From positions 78,306,001 to 78,370,000 of the forward strand of contig OX597819.1 in NCBI GenBank assembly GCA_951406725.2: DNA of 64,000 nucleotides. The letters run 5' to 3'. The notes under the pieces are model-generated. The model worked only from the letters and a program-made list of their open reading frames with translations. It searched no databases and was not told the DNA's origin. The position numbers and the translations under genes are program-made. The number at the start of each line of letters is the position of its first letter. Position 1 is the stretch's first letter. Of this stretch, positions 53,079 through 64,000 are shown in pieces. The DNA is from Octopus vulgaris. Lineage: Eukaryota.

Positions 53079-54740
53079 CTCTAGTTAATCGTTTCCAAAT
53101 TATTTTTTTGCTGACATGGTATCATGTGTTTTTTTACGTTAAATTACATCATCGATAAATAGCTATGCTATAAGATCTTAGGTTGCTCCCAGTCAAGAAC
53201 TGATGCACCTGTGAATTCCCTTCTTGAATTACACTCATGTAACCCTTAGTACGTCTTTGGGTCATCACCTAAGCTTCGACTTCATGTAGTGTATGAAAAG
53301 AAAATGGCAGTTTGAGCCTCATGGAGTTCAGCCCCTCTCCGAATTAAGACCACAAATCGCTGATTCAAAAAGCAAATCGAAACTGCAGCACAGATTCAGC
53401 TTGCTGAAATGTACTATAAATCAATGTTCCTCGTCCGAACTTCACTTAACTTCCCATTAGATAAGGTAAAAACCCCATTCGGTTGTGAATGGCCATGGGA
53501 TTGCACCTAGAAAGTTACCCTACGATGCACAAGTCCAGGCAAGGTTGTTTATGGAAGATCAGCAGTCACCCATGCATACCAGCCCCCCCTCTACATTTCT
53601 ACAGCTAACTGAACTGGAGCAACATGAAATAAAGTGCCTTCCTCAAGAACACAATACACAACACAATCCGAGAATCGAACTCATTCCCACATGATTGTGA
53701 GCCCCACGCTCTAACCACCGAGCCATGCACCTTCATAAATAAAATACACATCTTTAGCAAACGTGAAAGCGCTGTTCAGCTCTGGTTACCATCGCCAAAC
53801 ACTGCAATTTTAGATGACTGCATATACACCATAGGACGCGAACGTTTGCCTCTTGTTATGCCTTATGATTGTAGTTACCATCGACAAACCATGTGCTAAA
53901 ACATTTGTCTAACCCTTTTGGTATCTATCTGTTCGAGACCGCTTCTGGTTTTACGTTACAAACTTCCTATTTTAAAGTGCTATGAATTAAAAGCTCCCAT
54001 CAAAATTTGTTGTTAATTTACATTTCACACTAAGAAAAGCTTGTGATATATGTTCTGAATAAAACGGTGAGCTGGTAGAATCGTTAACATGCTGGACGAA
54101 ATGCCGCTAAGCATTTACGTTCTGAGTTCAAATTCCACCGAGGTCGACTTTACCTTTTATCCTTTCTGGGTTTATAAAACAAATACCAGATGAGTACAGG
54201 AATCGATGTAATCAACTTACCGCCATCGTTGAAATTGCTAGCCTTGTGCCAAAATTTGAAACAAATTTACATTCCAAATACTAGCTTAATAATGTCAAAA
54301 TTATTTAAATTAAATTCATTATTCTCCAAAATTGAAACAAAGCTGGTGTAGTAATTTAATACAAATATGACACGTCACATCTAACAACAGAGTTCCTCCT
54401 ATTCAGCTTTGTCATCAGCTGTGTGCGGACTTTTTTTATTGCTACCATTAATGTCCCATATGTAGCCCCTCTCACATCGGAAGATATTCATCTGTGTTAC
54501 AGGACCTAAAAATGTTGTCAAGAAGTATGTCGCTACCAGTGTGTACGATGACATCATATTTGACAGCACTTAAAGAAATGGCTGCCGGGAAAACATCCTG
54601 ACATTGATGTGAGGCAAACCAAAATAAATAAACATGGAAGATAAATATATTTAATCTTCTATCTTTAAACTTTTGATATTCTACGTGTTTCACTCATTGG
54701 ACTGCGGCCATGCTGGTGCACCGTCTTGAAGGGTTTAGTC

Positions 54741-55297
54741 CAGAGTTCTCAACCATTTTTTTTCTTTATTTATCTATGAACCCCTTCGATTACTATTTAA
54801 TTCTAGTAGAGCCCCTATAGCCACCCGATATTTAAAAACTAGCTTTATAGAAACTTCTTTCAAAAGGCGGCGAGCTGGCAGAATCGTTAGCACGCCGGGC
54901 GAAATCCTTAGCGGCATTTCGTCTGCCGCTACGTTCTGAGTTCAAATTCCGCCGAGGTCGACTTTGTCTTTCATCCTTTCGGGGTCGATAAGTTAAGTAC
55001 CAGTTATGCACTGGGGTCGATGTAATCGACTAAATCCCTTTGTCTATCCTTGTTTGTTCCCTCTATGTTTAGCTCCTTGTGGGCAATAAAGAAATAAGAA
55101 ACTTCTTCCAAAATTCCTATTTAGTTTACACACATTCACTTGTTTAGGTTAAACTATGTAAAATGTTAGAGAAAGTAACTCAGCTGTTTCTTGCAATACA
55201 AAAATCTAAAGTAAAGTTTTTTTTCAGGGGCTCTTAAAATACTATTGTGGACTCTAAAAACCCTCGGGTCCACAAGGACTCTGGTTGAGAGTCACTG
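54741..55297. mobile_element. hAT-like MITE containing a young SINE B (54866-55096), itself inside a SINE A tail
   Basis: TSD GTTTAGTC at 54733-54740 and 55298-55305. The inner SINE is flanked by AGAAACTTCTT(T/C)CAAAA. Confidence 0.88.
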
Positions 55298-55874
55298 GTT
55301 TAGTCGACCAAATCGACTCCAGAACTTATTTTAAGTCTGGCATTTTTGAAATGGATACTAGCCCGAAGAATATCAAGAAGAACTTGCACTAAATGGGTAC
55401 TTTATTCTACCGACCACCTATGGTTGTGGTTGTTAAAGGATTTGAACGCAGTACGTAAAAAGCCGTAATTTTACAAAGCATTTGATCTGTTGCTCAAACT
55501 AGTCTGACATTTTACCCTATAAAGTAATTATTGCTTCCGATTTGTCGCTTAAAATCCATCGATCTCCAGTCTCTTACTGGTACTTTAATTTATCGATCTC
55601 TCCACTAAAGGAACAAGGCCTGAAATTTTCACTGGTACTTAATTTATCGACTGCAAAAAGATGAAAAGCAAAGTTTACCTCGGCGAAATTTGAACCCAGA
55701 TCGTAATGACAGACGAAATTCCGCGAAGCAGTTTAACCCGACATGCTAATGATTTTGCCAGCTCACAGACTTCAAATAATAATAAAAATAATGATGTTTT
55801 ATTTATTAACCACTAGGGGGTTGACAAAAAACATAAAAGCGCGTAAAAAATGAAGTAGCATGCGTGGGTGTGTG

Positions 55875-56001
55875 GTCCCAACCATATGGTCCCAGGTTCA
55901 GTTTTTCTGCGTGGCACCTTGGGCAAGTGTCTTCGACTATAGTCTCGAGTCGACCAAAGCCTTGTGAGTGGGTTTGGTAGACGGAAACTGAAAGCAGCTC
56001 G

Positions 56002-56064
<63 letters not shown>

Positions 56065-56283
56065 CATACATACATGTGTGTGTGTATATGTTTATGTGTT
56101 TGCCCCTCCATCATCACTTGACAATCAATGTTGCTGTGTTTACGTCACTGTGACTTAGCGGTTCGGCAAAAAGACGAACGAAGAAATACGAGGCTTACAA
56201 AGAATAAATCCAGGGGTCGATCTGTTTGAATAAAAGCGGTGCTCCAGCATGACCGCAATCAAATGACTGAAACAAGTAAAAGA
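55875..56283 (+). mobile_element. Family-A SINE
   Basis: Matches consensus. Confidence 0.85.
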
Positions 56284-56477
56284 AAATACTAACAAACAAA
56301 AACCTTCGGAGAAAGAATAGTTCTCCAAATTTGGGGTTAACTTTGAGAGCTGTTCGTACAAACCCCTCGGAAAGCACAGTCTCCATGACCGCTAAAGCAG
56401 GCACCTTTCCCAATCAGTCTAATAACGCATGCTCAGAGTAGGCTCATCCTTTCGGGGTCGATAAAATAAGAACCAGT

Positions 56478-56898
56478 GGATCTTTTCGGTTTGAACGGCA
56501 GTTTTTTAAAATAATTTCCACGTAACTAAACACTTTTAAACTTCGTATACTGGTAGAATGTGTTTATAAAACATCTTTTTCTCTTGGCCTTATTGAGAAA
56601 ATTCTATAGTTTGTAAGATATTTGTTGTTTTTTTCCTTCAATTTCTGCAATTTCAACCAATCAGTGACGTCTATTGAGGTAAAAAACATTCTGTGCCGTA
56701 TGAATATGTCCCTCATTTAAGAAACAGATTGGGTTTATTTACATTTGTGAAGAAAAAAAGATACCCTTCCCCCCCACACACCTAACCCTAACCCTAAAAC
56801 AGATTGAAATGCAATAGATCGATACTAGGGTCATAATTATGGGTGACAATTTCATATGACACCGCTAGAAAAAACTGCCGTTCAAACCGAAAAGATCT
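56478..56898. mobile_element. MITE with 30-bp TIR and 8-bp TSD, inserted in a SINE B
   Basis: GGATCTTTTCGGTTTGAACGGCAGTTTTTT / AAAAAACTGCCGTTCAAACCGAAAAGATCT. TSD GAACCAGT. Internal CCTAACCCTAACCCTAA. Confidence 0.92.
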
Positions 56899-57504
56899 GA
56901 ACCAGTTAAACACTGGGGTCGATTAAATGGACCTTACCCCTCACCACAAACTTGCTGGCCTCGTGCTAAAATTTGAAATGCGTCAATAATAATAATAATC
57001 CTTTCTACTGCTATGAATACAAGGCCTAGAATTTTCAAGGAAGAGCTAAACGATTACATCGATCCCCGTGCTTGACTTGTAGTTATTTTATCGATTCCAA
57101 GAGGATAAAAGGCAAAGTCGACCTTGTAAGCATTAATCCTATAATAACAGATAAAGTTCCATTTGTTTCCACGGTTATGCTATTGAAACTCATACACTCA
57201 AGTTGGGACTCAAAATAAAAGCTGAGTGACGACCTACACTTAACACTTTCACCTCTATTTAGTGCCTTTATAAATAAAGCAGGGCATATGTCGTGCTAGG
57301 GTCTCAATAATAGGCAATATGAGGCGGGAGGAGGAGTATAAGTGAGACCACCACCACCACCACCACCACTAATACTGCCACCGGTTGTAAACAAAAGCAG
57401 GATAACAACACAGGAAGTCATCGGAAAGGTAAGTCGACACTTGAAACTGGAATAGAGGAAGTGATTAAGTCACGTGAGAGCAGAAATTTACGAGAGAGAA
57501 AAAG

Positions 57505-57545
<41 letters not shown>

Positions 57546-57747
57546 AGGGGGAGACAGACAGACAGACTGGCAGAAAGACTGGATTGGATGTACGAGGGAA
57601 AGGGGAAGTAGAATGGAAAGAGAACAAGCAGGAGACAGCGTGTAAAGAAATGGAAAGAGTAAGAGAAAAATGATAGGAAAAGTGGACGGATGGAGAGAGG
57701 AGACAGGCATATACAGTGAAGGGAAACAGAGCTGTCATAAACAAGGG

Positions 57748-57838
<91 letters not shown>

Positions 57839-58300
57839 ATAGAAAGAGTCAGAAAACAGCGATTGAGAAAGTGAGAGAAAACTGACACATACAGATAGAT
57901 AGAGTGAGAAAGAGAAGTAGAAAGGCATAGGAAAACAGTCGTTAGAAAGAAGAAAGGGAGGAAAGGGAGAGTTAGAGAAAAATAATTGAGAAAGTGAGAG
58001 AAGACACGGAGAGAGAGAGACAGACCGAAAGACAGGAGGGAAAACTAGCAACGAAAACTACAGAGAGAGAGGGGGAAAGAGAGGGAGTGAGTGAGAAGGA
58101 GATAGCCATAAAGAATGCTACTGAGGTGAGAGTAAGAGACAAACACATATAAAGAGAAAGAAAGGTTAAAAAGAAGTAGGGAAGGTATTGTTGGATTGCA
58201 AAAGGATACAAAGGAGGAGGAAGTAGTAGGGGAAGTACTGGTGTTGGAGGCTGTAACGGTGGCGATGAAGAAATAAATATATATATATATATAATAATGT

Positions 58301-58575
58301 GGAGGCGCAATGGCCCAGTGGTTAGGGCAGCGGACTCGCGGTCGTAGGATCGCGGTTTCGATTCCCAGAAAACACCTAAAGCTCCACGAGGCTCCGACAG
58401 GGGGTGGTGGCGATCCCTGCTGTACTCTTTCGCCACAGCTTTCTCTCACTCCTTCTTCTGTTGGCCTGCTCGCTTAGCCAGCGGGGTGGCGTCATTTGAA
58501 GGCTAAAACAATGCGAAGCGCATTGTGACTAGTGATGTGTAGCAACATTTGATAGTCTGGTTGGTCACGGTGATA
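58301..58575 (+). mobile_element. Family-D SINE with alternative tail
   Basis: Same head and body as 20930-21260 but a different 3' half. Confidence 0.8.
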
Positions 58576-59021
58576 TATAATAATATAAATAATATATACA
58601 AATGTATTTATACATGCATACATACATGTACATACCTACATATATATGTGTATATGCATATATGGGTACAGGACGTAAAAAAAACCCCTGGAAAACGAAC
58701 ATTTTTTCGAAAAACGAAAGAAAACAAAGAAACGAGATACAAAGAACAATTCCTTCATCAGCTGTCCCATGTTTTATCTACTCCGCATTTCGAACGTCAG
58801 GACAATATGCGTCCTCGTCAAAACAGTCGTTCCCGTAAAGCAAAATAAATAAAATTTGGGATTTGCGATATATGTATATATAGATACATACATATATATA
58901 TATATATACACAGTGAAAAAAATATTTGATAAAAGAAGGAAAATGCATACAATTTATATATTTTAAAGAATAGAATATTATGGTAGTCTACCGGTTTCGC
59001 GTTGAAACCGGTAGACTCCAT

Positions 59022-59448
59022 CAACGTCGATTTGATGGAGGGAGTGAGCTATAATGCATAGTACGAGAATTTGATCACAAATCACTATAAACAAATCATC
59101 CGTGCAGGTTATTCAGCAAGAAACTGCAGAACTCTGCACGACAGGAGAGTCAGATGGATTCTCCCGTCGAAGACGACGTCCGGGTGTTCAGCATTTGCCG
59201 AACGATCGTCAACAAATGATTTATTTATAGTGATCAAAATGTATGTGCCATACATTTAGTTCACTCTCTCCATCAAATCGACGTTGCCTGAACAGGCGCA
59301 CAGTGTACCATGCATCAGGTGTCGAAGCGATCGCATAGCAACGTGCGATGATGGGGTTTGCTCAAGAACACAACGCACCATCCGGTCTGGTAACTGAAAT
59401 CATGATCACCAGATCGTGAGTGGCACACCCTTAACCACTAACACATGT
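59022..59448. mobile_element. Tail-to-tail pair of a minor SINE family
   Basis: 5'-truncated plus copy 59022-59160 and minus copy about 59165-59448 share CAACGTCGATTTGATGGAG..ATCACTATAAA. Confidence 0.7.
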
Positions 59449-59542
59449 GTCGCCGTGTATGTATATTATACATCTTTTTTTGATAAGTGCCAACGCATGA
59501 AACTCTCGGACCTTGAGTCACTCAGTTATTTCTGCAAAATAT

Positions 59543-59590
<48 letters not shown>

Positions 59591-59620
59591 CAAAATAAGC
59601 AACAAGGATATCCAGAAGTA

Positions 59621-59985
59621 ATACAGTACGATCGTTTCACGCAACTCCATTTGATTGAACAATGTAACCTATTTCTTTATTACCCACAAGGGGCTAAACA
59701 CAGAGGGGACAAACAAGGACAGACATAGGTATTAAGTCGATTACATCGACCCCAATGCGTAACTGGTACTTAATTAATCGACCCCGAAAGGATGAAAGGA
59801 AAAGTCGACCTCGGCGGAATTTGAACTCCGAACGTAACGGCAGAGGAAATACGGCTACGCAATTCGTCCAACGTGCTAATGTTTCTGCCAGCTCGCTGCC
59901 TTTTGAACAATGTAACCATTTGAACAATGGTTTGAACAATGTAACCATTACATCAATTCAAATGCAGAGCAATCCTCAGCTGCAC
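59621..59985 (-). ncRNA. Type I hammerhead ribozyme interrupted by a SINE B (59670-59902)
   Basis: Removing the SINE (TSD TTGAACAATGTAACC) gives GTGCAG CTGAGGA [long stem II] GAAA CGATC GTA CTGTAT. Confidence 0.7.
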
Positions 59986-60452
59986 AAAGACATAGAATTT
60001 AATTAAATTAAAACAGATGGACGCATTAGTATAATTTTGCCTAAAATCTCCAAGAAGTCAAGGAGATAGACAAAGAACATTTTTGCCCTTCCTTCAACTT
60101 AGAAGCTACTGAAACAAGTAAAAGAATAGATAGCTAGATAGATAGATAAAGACAGGTACCGTTCATGGACTCTAGTATAACCCAAGTTCTGACTAACCGC
60201 ATCGAAAGATATGGGATAGCGTGATATTTTTAAAGGTAAATCTTGAGTTCGCTTCGTTGGATTATAAACTGTTTACTGAGTGTATATCCAATGCAATTCT
60301 AATAAATAACATTGCAAGATATCTATGCAGCAGAATCATATGTTGGGCAGAGTTTTAAATTTAAAATGCTGTATAAACGATTGTAATAATAAAAACTAGT
60401 TGTATAATTCTCCTTATTTTAATTATTTTAACTGTCTTGCGCACGCGCTAAA

Positions 60453-60489
<37 letters not shown>

Positions 60490-60850
60490 ACATGGCTGTG
60501 TGGCAAGAAGCTTGCTTCCCAACCACATGGTTCTGGGTTCAGTCCCATTGCATGGCACTTAGCAAATGTCTTCTACTATAAACATCGGGCCGAACAAAGC
60601 CTTCACAGTGGATTTGGTAGACAGAAACTGAAAGAAGCGCGCCGTATATGTGTGTGTGTGTCTTTCTTTCTGTCTTTGCCCCCCCCCCAAATACTTGACA
60701 ACCGGTGTTGGTGTGTTTGCATTCCCATAACTTAGCAGTTGGGTAAGAGAAACTGGTAGAATAAAAAAAGAAAAAAAAAGAAGTACTGGATTCGATTCAT
60801 TCAACTTAAAACTCTTTAAGACGATGGTTTAGCATAGCCGCAAGTAAAAG
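60490..60850 (+). mobile_element. Family-A SINE
   Basis: Matches consensus. Confidence 0.8.
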
Positions 60851-60857
60851 ATAAAAG

Positions 60858-60892
<35 letters not shown>

Positions 60893-60902
60893 TACATACA
60901 TA

Positions 60903-61089
60903 GGGAGAGTTTACGAAAAAAACAAAAGACGAAGACAGGTGGTGTACAAAACAAACAGATGTATTAGTATAACGCTCAGGTATAGAAAAAGTCTTTTACG
61001 TTTCGAGCTTACGCTCTTCTACAGAAAGGGACACAGAAAAAACGAGAGAAAAAAATGTGTGTAGTGGCTAACGATCTACCATGGCGACT
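60903..61089 (-). mobile_element. Short Penelope-like element with minimal hammerhead variant
   Basis: Minus strand 61028-60993 reads CTTT CTGTAGA A GAGC GTAA GCTC GAAA C GTA AAAG. Flanked by microsatellites. Confidence 0.65.
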
Positions 61090-61090
61090 G

Positions 61091-61183
<93 letters not shown>

Positions 61184-63512
61184 ATGTATGTATGTATGTA
61201 TGTATGTATGTATGTATGTATGTATGTATGTATAGCGAATTTTGGCGGGAGTTTGAAAAATAAAAATAGAAACACGTAATGGGACATAACTAAATAAATG
61301 ACTACATAATTGAATAACATTTAATCCGTTTTTGCCACTAACACCAACCGTCTGTGTTCCCAAGTGAACAAACATTAGCGTATATATTTATTTGGACCAA
61401 GGAATTTGGCATTAGACAGATATACAATATAAAACAGGAAACTTTGGAAAGAAGGTATTTGAATGTTAATTTTTCTGTGGTGATAGTGTGGTATAGGTTG
61501 TTGTATGGATGGTCAATTTTTTGTTTTACTAAGTGGGCAGTAAGGAAGTGTGTGGTCAACGGGAGGAATCAGAATGACAAAAATGTACTAATGTGAGACT
61601 AAAGTCTAAATGATAAAAAAAAAAAAATCAAAATTGTTTTAAAATAAAATAAAAAGTAAAACAAATAACAGCATTGCTATTTGGAGAAAAGAGTTTTGGC
61701 ATTATCTAGATTGATTGCTGAATAGGATAAAAGGGGTATGTATATGTAAGTGAGTAGAGAATACACGATCATGTGTATGGGTATGGGTATGTATAACATT
61801 GTGGTTGAGTGCGTGTAAGGTTTTGCGTGTGCAAATGTGTCAAGATTCATTCATGTATGTGTGGATGCCTGTATGTGTGTGTTCAAGTGAGTATTAATAT
61901 ATAAACATATATATATATGTATTTATGCGTGTGTGTGTGTGTGTGTGCTTGTGCGTGCGTAATTATATATGTGTGTGTATGTATGTATGTATATTTGTAT
62001 ACATGTGAGTGTGCTTGTGTGCGTATACATGTGTGTGTGTATGTATATGTTTGTATGTGTGAGTGTATGGTTTTGTGAATCTTTATATGTATGCATGTAC
62101 AAAGTCAGTGAGTGTAGAACTGTATGTGCGTGTGTGCGTGTGTGTGTGTGTGTGTAAGTGTGTGCTGGCGCGAGGTTTGGAGGGTGGCAGGCAGGATGGA
62201 TAGACAGATGATGGATGGGAAAAAACGTGATGTGGAAATGGCAATTTAAGTTAGAACGTGGAGTTTTAAAGGCAATAAACAACAACAATTGTAATTGCAT
62301 CGGTTATATATGTATTGTATGTATGTATGTATGTATGTATGTATGTATGTATGTGTGTGTGTGTGTGAGTTTGGGTGTATGTGTGAGTGTGTATGTGTGT
62401 GAGAGTTTGGGTGTGTGTGTGTGTGAGTGTGTGTATGTGTGTGTGTGTGTGTGTAGCTCATTGTGTTTGGGTGGGTGTTCTCATGTCTAACTTGAGAGGT
62501 AGGGAGAGAAAAGGAAATAATAACGAGAGAGGGAGAGAGATTGGAGGAAGAAAGAGAGCGAGATGGAAGAAGAGAGAGAGAGAGAGAAATGGAGGAAGAA
62601 AGGAAGAGAGTGGTACGCAGACTGGGTAAGGTGAGACAGGAAGTGAAAGAAAGGTTGTGTGAGTGAAGGTGGGAGAGAGAGATGGTGAGAGAGAGAGAGA
62701 GAGAGAGGGGAGAGGGAAAGAGGAGAGAGGTACAGTCTGTGTATGAGGGCGTTGCGAGAGAAAAGGTGACAATGAAGGAGAGAGGGAGAGAGAGAAAGAG
62801 AGAGAGAGAGAGATCATATAAGAGTGCTGGATCAAGAATGGGTGACAAGCAGATAAAGGGAGAGAGAGTGACAGAGTAAGATAAAGAGAAAGAAAGAGAG
62901 GGTGATAGAAGACAAAGTGAGAGAGAATAGGAGAGTGACAGAATACAAAGAGAGAGAGACAGAGAGAGAGACAGAGACGAAGTCATTGCAAGGTCTTGCA
63001 AGATTTGTGTCTAATTGAGAGGTGGAAGGAAGGAGGGTGGGAGGGAGGGAGAGCGATAGAATAGAGATTGGGAGACAAAAGGTTTTCTCGGAGAGAGAGA
63101 GAGAGAGAGAGAGAGAAAAAAAATAGAGAAAGATAAAGAGAGTATAAGTGTCAAACCGAGAGATTGTCATATATTTTACACACATATACACACACACATA
63201 TATATATACACACACACACACATACATACGCACACATATATATATATATACACACACACATATATATACACACACACATACACACACACACACATATATA
63301 TACACACACACACATATATATATACATATATACATATACATACACACACATATAGAGAGGAAGAACGAGAAAGGCCGAGAGGTACAGGGAGAGATACAAA
63401 TAAAGAGAGCGATAAAATTAGAGGTACATATATATATATTTATATATATATATATATTGAGAGGAGGGAAGAGTTAGGGGAGAGACAGAGTGAGTGAGAG
63501 GGAGAGAGAGAC

Positions 63513-63546
<34 letters not shown>

Positions 63547-63727
63547 AAGCCGACAATCCATTTGCTGTTGCTAATACACAATTAGTATAGAAGTAATAAT
63601 TTCTGACAAGCTCGGTGAAGATGTATGCAGCGGTGCTTGCAGGCCAACTTACTAGGCATCACTCACTGGCAGTGTCAGTGGTGGTGGCCAGTAGACGGAC
63701 CGCAGTCAACGTCACCACTGTGATAAG

Positions 63728-63765
<38 letters not shown>

Positions 63766-63919
63766 GGTGGTGGCTGTGAGTAGCGATAGATTGATATGGT
63801 TGTATGTGTTGTATGTATGCATGTATGTATGTTGTGTGTATGTGTGGGCATGCTTAGATGTGTGTGTGTATTTGCCATACACCTATGAGTGCGTCCGGTG
63901 TATATGAATGTGTGTGAGG

Positions 63920-63955
<36 letters not shown>

Positions 63956-64000
63956 CTGACAGGGAAAAACAGAAACTGATACACACACACACATACAGAC

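Noticed and set aside
59022-59286. Apparent MITE with 30-bp TIRs
   Set aside because: There is no TSD, and the right arm continues into a tRNA-headed SINE, so it is an inverted SINE pair.

Overview
AT-rich, microsatellite-dense eukaryotic non-coding DNA (intronic or intergenic). The repeat content points to an octopus/coleoid cephalopod genome (inference from SINE types and microsatellite load). I could not support any host protein-coding exon: nearly all listed ORFs are read-throughs of (TA)n/(CA)n/(GA)n/(TAG)n repeats or SINEs. The window is dominated by two tRNA-derived SINE families (A: CORE-like body with an internal TA/TG microsatellite; B: Meta-like core with an ATT tail) plus minor V-type SINEs. 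It also holds several MITEs with clear TIRs and TSDs (hAT-, Tc2/pogo-, Merlin- and piggyBac-like), one complete non-autonomous Helitron and one Helitron helicase remnant, Tc1 and mariner fragments, a Hero/R2-like RLE retroelement relic and a degenerate tRNA-Arg(TCT). The most striking signal is a set of about ten short elements from several unrelated families that carry Penelope-type type-I hammerhead ribozyme motifs or remnants with palindromic stem III. They mostly lie in (TA)n tracts and several form head-to-head fold-backs or abut tRNA-derived heads. One copy (33542-33627, minus strand) has an intact core and pairing stems. A few unique islands between microsatellites look like cis-regulatory elements, best at 12178-12490. 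Coordinates were read by eye; boundaries of old repeats are approximate.
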